Origin: Nemertoderma westbladi
Taxonomy: Eukaryota; Animalia; Xenacoelomorpha
Assembly (NCBI GenBank): GCA_032718475.1
Contig: JAUCBJ010004618.1
Span: 1-42,768, forward strand
DNA: 42,768 bases
Direction of reading: 5' to 3'
Under the pieces are notes generated by a model. That model searched no databases and was not told the origin of the DNA. It saw only the letters and a list, made by a program, of their open reading frames with translations. The translations under genes were made by a program, and so were the position numbers. Positions 11,330 to 22,316 of the stretch are shown piece by piece. Each line of letters starts with the position of its first letter. Within the stretch, counting starts at the first letter, position 1.

Positions 11330-11920
11330 TGCTCAGATTGTTCAGATAATTGTAGGCCGGACTGTTGTCGGATGGTTGTTGGGTTTGGAGAGATTACTGC
11401 GTGTGTAGAGTTTGTCTGATAGAGTGCCAGTTAGTAAGTTGGGGCAGCCATAGCTGTAAGGTCAATCCCCTCTTAAAGAATAAGTCGTACTACCGTGTTA
11501 GAACGCATACTAACTAACCATTTTGGAATCTGCACATACTGTAGTTTATTTAGGCTTGACAGTATTCTGCCAACGTTTTGGCCTGTGTTTGTTTGTGTGG
11601 TCTGTTCAGGTACCGTAATAGTTATTACTCAGATATTTTGTAGGCTGGATTGTTGTCTAGCTATTATTAGGTCTGAAGAGATTGCTGCGTGTGTAGAGTT
11701 TGTCCGATAGAGTGCCAGTTAGTAAGTTGGGGCAGCCATAGCTGTAAGGTCAATCCCCTCTTAAAGAATAAGTCGTACTACCGTGTTAGAACGCATACTA
11801 ACTAACCATTTTGGAATCTGCACATACTGTAGTTTATTTAGGCTTGGTGGTAGTCTGCCAGCGTTTGGTTTGTATTTTGTTTGAGTATTCTGTACGGGTA
11901 GCGTAATATTTATTATTCAG
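11330..11920 (+). repeat. 288-bp tandem duplication in the element leader
   Basis: GTCAATCCCCTCTTAAAGAATAAG at 11461 and 11749 (period 288); the central ~150 bp are near-identical and the flanks are diverged. Confidence 0.85.
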
Positions 11921-13207
11921 AGTTTATGCGATTATTCGCAACATTCATGTCCCCAAGTTTATTCCTACAGTAATTGTGTTTGTTACACATACCGTTATAG
12001 TTAAATTAACCCCGGTACTACACGGGCTGCTTGGCGTAGGAAAAGACTGGTGACTTTGTGCTTCGGTCACTCCAGCAGATGCCGTGGTTCTTTTAACTGT
12101 TCAAGTATATTTAACTACTGATTATTTGTTGTACCAGTACTTGTACCTAATTTAGGGTTTAGTGTACAGTGCTTTCCGAGGTAATTAGTGTGTAGGCAGT
12201 ATATTTGTGTTGTAAAGTGGTTAATAGGCACGCTGGATCTGGTAGTCCGCGGTAATTAACTTCTAGGTAGGAACACTCCGTGATACATAACGTAGTACCT
12301 ATAGCGATACGGTTATAGGTCGTCAGGCGGTGGTATTTTCCTATCTGGACAACGCAGTGTATTTACTACTACTTATTATTTTCAAATACCGTAGTACCCT
12401 GTCCTTTGTAATAACCAGAAAATCTAACACTCTGTTAGACTGGTTTGTAGTTCCCTGTAAAATTACCCTAAAATTTCGTACGTAATATTTTTGTTGTGTT
12501 TAGTTAGAGAATTAATCTCACCCGTATCGTAAGTAATTTGTAGATAAGTAACTTAGGAAGTAGAATTATCTGTTTTAGTGTCTAATAAGTAGCACTTCAC
12601 TGAGAGCGCACAGCTTCTGTGTAGTGACTCCCCCAGAAATAATAACATTTATTTCAAATATTGACAAAACCCCTTTTTAAACGGGTATATATCTATTATA
12701 AATCAACTCAAACGATTTATAAATAGTAGGCCTGCCATACAACAACTAGGTCTCAAAATCAGTTGGACTACTGCTTAAATAACGGTAACAAAGTAAGTTA
12801 AAGTAACCAAGTAACCCTAAAATATTCAGAAATTCAATTATTCTAAAATAATTGACATACCGGTATTTACCATAGGCTTATTATATTTATTTCTATAAAT
12901 TTGAGCTGAAATCATACCGGTATTCTGTAATTAATTCTAGTTCATAATTATACTTATATATACTATAAGTGTAAGTGGTATACCGGTATTCACGATAGGC
13001 CTATTATATATTTATATATTTGTGCTAAATTTATATACCGGTACTCTGTGATAAACCTAGTTTACAATACTTATATATACTATAAGTGTATACCGGTATT
13101 CTAATATACTGTAATAAATTACCGGTACTAGGCCAACGGTCATACTGAATTACTAGACTTGCTTTAACTGTAACTATAGCAGTAGGCATTCAACCGTATA
13201 GCTAAAC

Positions 13208-16200
13208 ATGTCTGACACAACCCAATCACTGTCGGATAGTCTCTTAGAAAGTGTTAGAATGACTGTTAGACAGTGTCTTAAAAAGATCAGTGACCCAGAT
13301 CCAAGTATAGAACATCCTAGATCCAAGTCTAAGTCACCTACTATTGTCAAAAAGGCCATCCCTACAGTAGTAGTGTCAGACCCTAGGCTAGTAGAACAAC
13401 GTAGGTCTATCATCGGTACTCGGGCCCAAGTCAAGCGGGATCAAGAAGCAGCTGTCAAACAGCAGCAACATCCTAGCCTAGAACCTAGTTCTCAGCGGCC
13501 CGATAGCTCCAGTAGTTCGGATACTGCTGAGCGGACGCCCGAACGCGGAGCGAAGATGGTGGATACGGTTTATAATGAACGGCCAACCTATGAAGAATCA
13601 ACCGACGCCACTTCTTCTCAAGTGGAAAGCGAAGTGGAAAGCGAATTAACAGCAGAGAAGCCGCGAACTAGAGACGCCATTGACATGTATCTGTCAGACT
13701 ATCAGCGATTCCTAGGAGACGAAGAGTTGAGGAGTCAACTGTCTGGACTTCGCCCCAATAGTGAAGGAACCAAGCTTGTGTTGGACGCAATCGATGCGGA
13801 AATGTTAGCTGCAAACCAAGCTGAATTTGATGAAAAACTCCGCCTCACTAGAGTCCAAGCAGAACAAGTAAAGAAAAAACGGATAGAGGACCGAAAAGCA
13901 GCAGCAGTAACAGCGGCAATGGCCGAAGTGGAAGCAGAAAGAAAGGCAGCTGCAGTAACAGCAGAAGCCGAAGCAGAAAGAAAAGCGACTGTGGCAGCAG
14001 CAAAGGCAGTGGCAGAAGCAGAACGGAGAGCCTCTGAGGAGACTACCCAACTGGAGTTGGAAAATCTGCAAGAGACGCAAGACAACATAAATAAACAGTT
14101 AACTGCTAGTCACATGCAGATGATGAGAAAATCTACTCCCAAACGCCAGGGATATACGTCATCGGAGGAAAGCGAAACCACCGATCCTGAAGGCGGAGGA
14201 AATAGACCTCGTCTAAGCAGGCGTAGAAAAACATCTTACCGTCACAAATTGCCTGATTTGCCCCCAGCTGTTAGAAGACAACTAGCTAGCACAGACTTGA
14301 GTAGTATAGAACCTACAGACCAAATTATTAAGGTCAAAAGACTCCCTACTATAGTTGATGAGCCTGAAATAATTAGGCCTGTCGTTCCCAAAGTCACTCC
14401 TGTGTTAGAGACCCCTGTACTTCCAGAGCTTAACTCTAAATTCCCTTTACACAGTACTACACTGCCTGTGCCCGGTAGAACAGTCCATGAGAATATCCCT
14501 GTCCTGGAAGCTGAGAGAGAAATCAAAGATTTGTCTCCCCGCCCGCTCAGCATGCGTCAGCCCGCTACAATGTTGGCGACTCCCGCTTCGGCGGTCGAGT
14601 GGGTAGAGGAGGGACGGCGGGGGATGAATCTCCTGCTCGGACAGATGCAGGAGACTGTCTACCAACTTAAGGGAACAGTAAGGGAAGGTAGGGCCGAATT
14701 GCAAGAAGTGCAGCAAAGTATCGCGCTAGAACGCGACAAATTAGTCAATATCCAAAAAGGGATACCAATACCCCCTGTAAAATTGTGTCAACCTGTTAGG
14801 TCTGAAGTATTACATGCGCAAGGTGTGGAGCCTACACGCATCTATACTGCTAGTGAAGTAGAAACTCCTATAGCAAACCCTATTAAGGGTGATTATAGAC
14901 CTGTTATTAATGATATCCCCTATAGACCTGACAATGATCTGAGAAATTTATATACCGATAATTCGATATTAAATAACACGATGGCCCAAGAAAGCTTTAC
15001 GCGTCAGATGGCTAGAACAGAAGCCCGCCAAGCGGTCAAAGTGGGAGAGATCGTCAAATTCAATGGAGATGAGATGAAATGGTTACCTTTCAACGAATAT
15101 TACAAAGATAGCATACAAAACTCTGTACTATCTAACGGAGAGAAACTTAGGTTCCTCATCAAGTGCTTGGAAGGACCTCCCAGGTTAATGGCGTTAAAGT
15201 TTATTGGACATCCAGAAGGATTAAGACAAGTATGGGATACATTAAACATCAGGTATGGTAACAAGGATAACATAGCTAAGTATTTGTATGCAAAATTAGT
15301 AGCCCCCCGACACTTCCTTAGTAGCGGGATTATAGAGTTTTCCGATGAAATTCAGGAAATCTGTAGACAATTGGACTGGTTAGGTAAGTCTCATGAATAT
15401 CAGAGTTCCATGGTTATTGGAGCAGTAGTCTCTACTTTACCCAAGGGTGGAGTATGTACACGTTGGGACAAGAAAGTGTTGTACATGAATGAACAACAAC
15501 GACGAAGCCCTACCATGACTGATCTCATGTCCTTCTTAGATGGTGAAGTAAAACTACAACTCATCAAGCAGTCCAGAGAGAAAACATCGGAAACTAAGGT
15601 AAGTGAGAAACTCGCTTCTAGGAGAAGAGTAACACCAGTGTGTTATACTGACGACGGCGAAAGCCAAGCTTCTCAAGAAGAGGACAGCGGGAAAGACACA
15701 GCAAAATCTTACTATGACAACAAGACCTATAAAGACGTAAGTAAATACAAGTCTCGAACCAGTGACAGGAGAGAACAGGTAACAACAACTCCTCCTACGT
15801 CTCCTAAGAGAATTCACGGAAGAAAGCCCGAAGAAAGAACGAGAGTACATAACGTTACCCAAGGTAAGGTGAGTAACATCAAACCAAAATGTGCGCTGTG
15901 CGACGGGCCCCACCGTTTGAGTGCGTGTGCTGAATTTCTAAAGAAATCCCTTGTAGACAGACGTACAGTCCTGTGGAATAAGCGGTTATGCTATAATTGC
16001 CTCAGATCAGGACACCAACGGCGAACCTGTTACTCCGACGTAAAGTGTGCAAAGTGTGGCGCGAAACATCACATCTTGTTACACAGTGAGTTCGAACGAG
16101 ACAAACAGAGTCAGGTAAGTGAGCCCGAACTACATGTCCAATTCAGTGATGTAAATGACACTGATCAGGAGTCTGAGATGGAAGGATTCTATACTGACGA

Positions 16201-17128
16201 ATTCTCCGACGCCAACGAATCCTGTTATCTAATCAATACCGCAGTGTATCGAGCACTTACTTATGAAAAGGACACCAACAATGAGTTTCCCCCAATTACT
16301 TTTGCCAAACAACCATCTTGGAAAGCTCCAACTTCCAACGTAGGAATCAGAGAATTTCCTGTAGTGCAGGTAAGAGTTCACGGTCCTAACAAAAGTTACA
16401 TAGTGAACGCCCTCCTTGACTCCGGCAGCACAGGAACATTCATCGATCAAGAACTAGCCGAAGATATCTTTGCTGGACAACCCAAATTCCGGACTAAATT
16501 GAATATGTCAGGAATTATGCAGGTTTGGAAATCTACCCTAACGGCAGATTACTATGTAGGTGTGTTGTCCACCCCCCAGGATAAATTAGGAGCACAAGGT
16601 ATAAGGTCGGTAAAAATGGTGGCTATAAAGAACTTCGCTACTACCCAAGCAGACCTTTATAATTGGGACGAGGATGAGAGCATCCAACATCTTAAGATAC
16701 CTCGATTCCAGACAGATTATCCTGGAGTGCAAATACTCATCGGCCAAAACGCGCATAAGGCGCTCGAAACATTGGAGAAACGGCCTGCTCAACCGCAGCC
16801 ACTACAAACCTATGCGGTAAGAACTAGAGTAGGTTGGTACTTCACTGGCCCTTCCCGTAGAACTCTCAAAGAGAGATTACCTCAACAACAGGTATACCAA
16901 GTAAAGGAATGGGAAGTGGAGAGCAGTGATGTGGACGATCCAACTGAGGGAACACCATACTCCTCAGATAATGACGATATTAACTCCAATGTAGATCAAT
17001 GGAGACATTGCCTTGGGACGATTAATCCAGCCGACATCGCTTCCAGAGGAACAACTCCTCAAGAACTGATAGATACTCCAGGCTGGTTAGGTGGATCCGA
17101 CTTCTTAAGTAAAGAAGAAGAAGAATAG
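13208..17128 (+). CDS. gag-pol: Bel/Pao Gag-protease polyprotein fused to an RNase H remnant; truncated by the LINE insertion
   Basis: 1306-aa ORF: coiled-coil N-terminus, DUF1759-like capsid (KFNGDEMKWLPF..EKLRFLIKCLEG), three knuckles (CALCDGPH..C, CYNCLRSGH..C, CAKCGAKHHILLH), ALLDSGSTGTFI, TRVGW..GP, WRH..NPADIASRG..WLGGSDFL. No YxDD RT motif. Confidence 0.92.
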   Translation: MSDTTQSLSDSLLESVRMTVRQCLKKISDPDPSIEHPRSKSKSPTIVKKAIPTVVVSDPRLVEQRRSIIGTRAQVKRDQEAAVKQQQHPSLEPSSQRPDSSSSSDTAERTPERGAKMVDTVYNERPTYEESTDATSSQVESEVESELTAEKPRTRDAIDMYLSDYQRFLGDEELRSQLSGLRPNSEGTKLVLDAIDAEMLAANQAEFDEKLRLTRVQAEQVKKKRIEDRKAAAVTAAMAEVEAERKAAAVTAEAEAERKATVAAAKAVAEAERRASEETTQLELENLQETQDNINKQLTASHMQMMRKSTPKRQGYTSSEESETTDPEGGGNRPRLSRRRKTSYRHKLPDLPPAVRRQLASTDLSSIEPTDQIIKVKRLPTIVDEPEIIRPVVPKVTPVLETPVLPELNSKFPLHSTTLPVPGRTVHENIPVLEAEREIKDLSPRPLSMRQPATMLATPASAVEWVEEGRRGMNLLLGQMQETVYQLKGTVREGRAELQEVQQSIALERDKLVNIQKGIPIPPVKLCQPVRSEVLHAQGVEPTRIYTASEVETPIANPIKGDYRPVINDIPYRPDNDLRNLYTDNSILNNTMAQESFTRQMARTEARQAVKVGEIVKFNGDEMKWLPFNEYYKDSIQNSVLSNGEKLRFLIKCLEGPPRLMALKFIGHPEGLRQVWDTLNIRYGNKDNIAKYLYAKLVAPRHFLSSGIIEFSDEIQEICRQLDWLGKSHEYQSSMVIGAVVSTLPKGGVCTRWDKKVLYMNEQQRRSPTMTDLMSFLDGEVKLQLIKQSREKTSETKVSEKLASRRRVTPVCYTDDGESQASQEEDSGKDTAKSYYDNKTYKDVSKYKSRTSDRREQVTTTPPTSPKRIHGRKPEERTRVHNVTQGKVSNIKPKCALCDGPHRLSACAEFLKKSLVDRRTVLWNKRLCYNCLRSGHQRRTCYSDVKCAKCGAKHHILLHSEFERDKQSQVSEPELHVQFSDVNDTDQESEMEGFYTDEFSDANESCYLINTAVYRALTYEKDTNNEFPPITFAKQPSWKAPTSNVGIREFPVVQVRVHGPNKSYIVNALLDSGSTGTFIDQELAEDIFAGQPKFRTKLNMSGIMQVWKSTLTADYYVGVLSTPQDKLGAQGIRSVKMVAIKNFATTQADLYNWDEDESIQHLKIPRFQTDYPGVQILIGQNAHKALETLEKRPAQPQPLQTYAVRTRVGWYFTGPSRRTLKERLPQQQVYQVKEWEVESSDVDDPTEGTPYSSDNDDINSNVDQWRHCLGTINPADIASRGTTPQELIDTPGWLGGSDFLSKEEEE

Positions 17129-17730
17129 ATAGATAGATAGATAGATAGATTTATTTATACATTATGTAAAAACAATAACAAATACACCAAACAATGTACG
17201 ACCGGTATAAAGGTATTGTCCAACATAACATATAGGATTACCCCTAAAGCTTTGCAGCTTATTTCCAAGGGGGTCCTTTATGTTACTTGGTTACAAATAC
17301 AATATTACACTACGCTAACCTAAAACCAATATAAAACGTAATTACACTATGTACATGTACAACTTTACCGAGAGCGTGACAATGTCCGACTCAACGATAA
17401 AGATGTAATGTACAGAACAATTTATTATAAAACGTAATTAAAGTATAAATAGTAAATAATTAATAAACTAATAACTTACTGTAGGACTATTGTACCTATT
17501 TTTACATTGCACACGGAGATGAGATTTAACTGCAGATTTAAAAGAATGTTGATTATTTAGGTTTTTAATTTCATTAGTTCATTCGTTCCAATTTTGTATG
17601 CCGTTAAAAAAGAAAGTATCAGATTCGAAGGATTTACAATTCGGGAGGTAAAAGTTTGAAACACTAGCTCTGGTACTGTAAGAGTGTGTATCGCGTACTC
17701 TGTTGAATTTTTGTTTTAGGTAATTGGGAC
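17127..17730 (-). mobile_element. 5'-truncated non-LTR retrotransposon (CR1/L2-like) fragment
   Basis: Minus strand reads CPNYLKQKFNRVRDTHSYSTRASVSNFYLP..TFFFNGIQNWNE*TNEIK..SFKSAVKSHL (typical ORF2 C-terminus), then a 3' UTR, AATAAA and a (TCTA)n tail; flanked by AAT on both sides (17124-17126, 17731-17733). Confidence 0.85.
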
Positions 17731-17732
17731 AA

Positions 17733-17930
17733 TGGCCTCCTCATCTTACCCCGGTGAAGATTAGACAGGCCAAGGGAGCAGAGAAAGTAACACAACAACT
17801 AAATCGCCCAGCTAGTCGTTTATGTTTACTGGAAAGAGACCGAAAACTGTCCGGAAACTATGGAAGGCAAGATACTCTTCCTACGACCACTTCCCTAATC
17901 CGACAAATATCTAGGGACTCCATAACGTAA
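17733..17930 (+). pseudogene. Orphaned C-terminus of the Bel/Pao polyprotein (post-RNase H WP plus integrase C-terminal DUF5641-like tail)
   Basis: Removing the LINE restores FLSKEEEE-WPPHLTPVKIRQ..LNRPASRLCLL in frame; RPxxxLxxL is the usual end of Bel/Pao Pol. Confidence 0.8.
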
Positions 17931-18476
17931 TAACATATGGAGTGGGCGTGTGACTATATCATTTTATATTTGTTTTTATTTTATATTTATGTATGTATTA
18001 TTATGTAATTTTATTATAATCGTTTCCTTTAATTTTATTTAGTAGAAGGATATTTTAGATTATTTGGTAGATTAGTGCAATATATTAGTGTTTATTACGT
18101 AATTACATATATATAATATATATTTAGTGTGACGGCGAGAAATAATTTTTCTCTTTCCTTACTGTCCGTATCATATTATAAATACGTGACTACAGTAAGA
18201 TGAAATGTCCGTACTTATTAAAGTACAATAAAGCCACTACTATATTCAAGTATTATTGGTAGGCAGAGTATTAGGAATGCAAAGTTCAGATCCTCGTGTC
18301 TCGGCTAAACCAAGCTCTGGGTAGACCTTGGAAACGACTTGCCTCTTCTCACTGACATTGCTTTGTGCGATATTGCTCTTCTACCTTATATTAAATAATA
18401 CATATAGTAGCGTGATGTCCCTCTAACAGTAGCGTAAAACGCAAATAAATCTGTTAAACCTTTTGACCATCTGTAA

Positions 18477-18736
18477 TTCTAGTCGATTAAGATATCGCGG
18501 CACCCACCGATATACTTGAAAGACAAATTCTAGAATCAGTGGTTAACGTCCCCAGACAAGTTCTGGAATAAATCGGTGCCCATCTTAAATATTAATTTAA
18601 TATTTATTAAAATCTGTAAAATTCAAATCCTTTAAAATTTCTAGTCAATTAAGATATCGCAGCACTTACCGATACTCTTAAAAGACAATTTTATAGAATT
18701 AGGGATCCTCAGTCCCCAGACATGCTCTGGAATAAA
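18477..18736 (+). repeat. Two diverged ~96-bp direct repeats, period 162 bp
   Basis: TTCTAGTC(G/A)ATTAAGATATCGC..ACCGATA..AAAGACAA..GTCCCCAGACA..TCTGGAATAAA at 18477 and 18639. Confidence 0.8.
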
Positions 18737-19555
18737 ATTTATGTCAATTTTAACATCAAATAATAAAATTCACGGGAATAAATTTAAATTCATATTTTAA
18801 ATGAATTTCATAAATTGTCGTTTTGTGCAATTTATAACATTCCCAAAATTCCATTAATTAATAGATCATGGGAGCGGAGATTCATCCTATTGAGTGTATT
18901 AGAGTGCGAGAATCTCCAACATATAGTCAATAGCCGATAAAATTAATAAAATCATGCATAAAGAGGATATTGACAATTAAAGAATTATTATTAAATAGCA
19001 TCCCAGATCTGTATGCATGAGAATTACCCTAATTCTACCGCTAGCATTCCATAATGTCACCATAGCAACACCCACGCTAGAATCAGAAGCAAGTTAAGAG
19101 AACAATAGAAAGCTTGTCCCATTGCATAGCATAGAGAATACATAGCACACTGTTAGTATCCAAGGATACACAGTAATAACGTAACATTCTGGAATGCACT
19201 GACTAACGGACAAATGGCCTGTATGTGTACAATTGGTGACAGTTGTGTGGAATTTGTGCGTTTATAGGTGAATGTTACTGCTAAAGTATGTTTACAGTAG
19301 CTAGTCGCAATTGTGAAAGTAGCCCAACTCTCCTATAGAAAGAACCTAAAGTGGATTCAAGCCTTTGGGACGGACAGTGGAGTGACTTGTGCCGGTTATC
19401 GTTGTCGTGCTGTTGCTACATGTTGGCGTAAACACCGCGACGACAGTACATCGGCGCTGAGAATCCCACTGTCCGGGGGCAAAGAGAGGTAGGCAGCGAC
19501 GTCCGCTCGCCTAAACATAAACTCATTTCGATATTAATAAACTCAGATAGCAGAT

Positions 19556-21004
19556 ATGACGGAGTTGATAGAAGATGATCTTGGTATCAGGGAGCGATAT
19601 ACTCTACCTTTACAAGCATTTGTGGATAGCTTGATATGCGGTGAAGCCGATCCAACCATTACGGAGGACGATGGTCGTTATATCGAACCGCCGATGTCCC
19701 AAGAGCAACTTACGCGTGAATTGGACTATCGAAAATTCACAGCTCGCTATACGCATCGTAATGGTACGTATATGGACTTCCTAACTACCGGCCATCCTAT
19801 CGATTTACATGATACGGACGATGTAGACACCGAAAGGGAAATGGTTCTATTTAAATATCATACCCAGCGGAGTCGTAACGATAAACCGAGAATAGATCAC
19901 GAAAATTCTATTCGTAACAGACTGGGAAGACGAACCAATATGCCTAGAATCTGAGGAGATTCAGCCTATCGCGCCCGGAACAACGACAACGATTACCTCC
20001 TAGAATGGTATCAAGGTCCACAGTGTCTCACTGCGTACGATTATCGCCATGCCAACTATGTTTCTCGGCAACGTTGTCGGTTATGCGCATCGAGAGACCA
20101 TGTTACGCCCATGGACACAAACGTCCGCTGTTCCTATTTCCAAGAACAACCGACTATGGAAATTTGTTGCGCATATTGCAGACTCAATAACTTGCATATT
20201 TTTGCGGTTTGCCCTCAATTTATGACTCAATGTCACCATTGTCAAATAAAGGGACACGCCAGTTTCGATTCCCCTTTTAATCACGATTTGGAAAGCGTAG
20301 ATGAAATGATCACACTACGTTACATCAGAGCTTGGGAAGCGAACGCTGATTTACATTGTGATTCGCGCCATCGCTATTATCCCGGACGCGCTTACGAAGG
20401 AGTTTATGCGTTCCATCCTTATCTATTCGCTTTGGTCGAACAGAAATCACGCATATCGAGTTACGAGCTACTGAAGCGCGTCGGAGAATGTATTTCAACC
20501 AAATTTGTACGCAAATTTCTCAGGAGTGTTAATCCTAGCGACCTTTATTCTTATAACTTAATCAATTACATCCGTCAGGATCTGGACTATGGAGACTTAT
20601 TTGTTAACTCACACCCAGAGTTACAGGAAGTATATCGGCGGCCTTACGAATACCGAGCCCGCGAACGCGAGTTGGAAAGAACCATTAAACCCCGGAGGTT
20701 TCTAACTGCCTATGGTCCACCCACGGCTCTCGTTCAGACCACTCGTAAAGGACCCGTAAGAGCGGCTGTCTTGAAACGAGCTCTCAAAGCCGTTAGACCC
20801 CTCTCCCCCGACGTTGATGTCAATCAACCCGGTACTTCGACTGGCGGATACACCGACCATAATCCTACACCCTCTGATGCAATCATATTGCACCCTTCAC
20901 CCAGGAGTTATAGCCCTCCTTGTAAAGTGGCTCGCCCCAAAGAGAAAAGGACTCTGGCTAGCTTTAAAAAACTGCGTAAACGCCGTCCGCGCAAGAAAGA
21001 CTAA
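19556..21004 (+). CDS. Accessory ORF of the LTR element: triple CCHC-like zinc-knuckle protein with a basic C-terminus; one in-frame TGA at 19952-19954
   Basis: ORFs 19556-19954 and 20111-21004 share a frame (offset 555) and the 52 intervening codons are open. Motifs: CRLCASRDH..C, CAYCRLNNLHIFAVC, CHHCQIKGH; C-terminal KKLRKRRPRKKD. Candidate acceptors (ctcag/atagcag) lie just before the ATG. Confidence 0.7.
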
Positions 21005-21082
21005 CTGTTTAGAGTATTTACGTATATTAGAAACTGTGATTTTGTATATTTTATAGACTCAAATCCCATTTTCTGGGAGCGG

Positions 21083-22316
21083 TGTAAAAGCTTCTGTGGG
21101 ATATAACTGGCCCCTTTGCTTCGCAATCCAGTTTCCCCCCAGGCGCTGGAATACTCTAAAAGGTTCTCTAACTGTATATATATTCCCCTCGCCCGCAAGG
21201 TACCATTACAGGTATTTTAACGGACATAAAAGTCATTCTTCTATATACGTGCTTTGGCGGACATGGTAAGGCAAAAAACCCGCAATGCACCAAATACCTT
21301 TACACGGCTTGGCCTTGATGATTCAGATTGCGACATCTAGCAGCTGGTTGCTGGCATGGAAACAGCCATTGGACGCATGGTTCTTTGTTTGGCTTGAGCC
21401 AATCAGAGCGATTTCTTCTGTCGACGTGTAGATATTCGGCCGATGATACTAGGAGTGTTCAGTCTTACTGTTTTTCTTGATATAGTTTTGTTGTTGCTAT
21501 CTAGGCCAGGAACACCGGCTCTAGAGTCAATTCGTTTCAGACTTTAGAAGAAACATTAGTAGGCTTAAGATTATAGAGCGTATAACTGTTATCGGTCCAG
21601 TCAAACAGTGTTACTATCTTAACCTACCGTCTTAATGCTATTTACTGTTGTGTTTTGGTTGAATATTATTATTTGGAGAACATTTATAAAGAACCCAAAT
21701 TTCCCAATTTTCTTGATACACTACAGGTTAGAGAGACGGGTTATATATAGCGATTGCGACTTATATTATTGTGGTTTGTAGTGAATTTAATGCTATTTGA
21801 TAAGCACTACATGAGTCAATTGCTGTTCGCTTTATATATGATAAAATTCATTGACGGTCGGCAAATTAGTGAGCAGTATTGTGTGTTTCCGGTAGTGTGC
21901 ATGATTGTGACTGATAACTAAGCATTTCCTAAAGAATGCGCCTCATACGTGAATCATAAGCCTTACCGACTTACCGTTGTGATTAGTATAAGTCATATCT
22001 CTGTTTACCTAGATAGAGCGCCACGTCCTAAAGGAACTGTTAATATTTCCCGAAAGTGAATAATATTAGTCAGAAATTATTTATTAACGATCAATCGAAT
22101 AATACAGTAAGCTTACACTGCAATAATAATCTAAGCCCTCAGAATCCAGTCTCCCGGGTATATCCAGCGGGTGAATGGACGCGCACTAGGCTGGCTTCTG
22201 CTAATGTTGTGTTTATTGGTATTAAATATTTGTCAACTTCTAAAGTCTATTTATAAACCAAAAGACATATAAATTTTGGCAGGTTAAACTGCTAAAGGTC
22301 TTCAAAAGCGCGTACA
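21083..22316 (+). repeat. 3' LTR (1234 bp)
   Basis: Direct repeat of 9743-10977, followed by the TATAA TSD. Confidence 0.95.

Larger units (their letters stand above)
9743..22316 (+). mobile_element. Bel/Pao (Belpaoviridae) LTR retrotransposon, non-autonomous deletion derivative with an accessory ORF
   Basis: TG..CA LTRs at 9743-10977 and 21083-22316; 5-bp TSD TATAA (9738-9742, 22317-22321); Bel-type gag zinc knuckles, DSG protease, NPADxxSRG; purine-rich GGGAGCGG before the 3' LTR. Confidence 0.95.

Noticed and set aside
13174-16792. Antisense ORFs within gag-pol
   Set aside because: Short, low-complexity mirror translations of the coding strand.
19952-19954. In-frame TGA as selenocysteine
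   Set aside because: No SECIS identified and the context is not redox-like; a point mutation is simpler.
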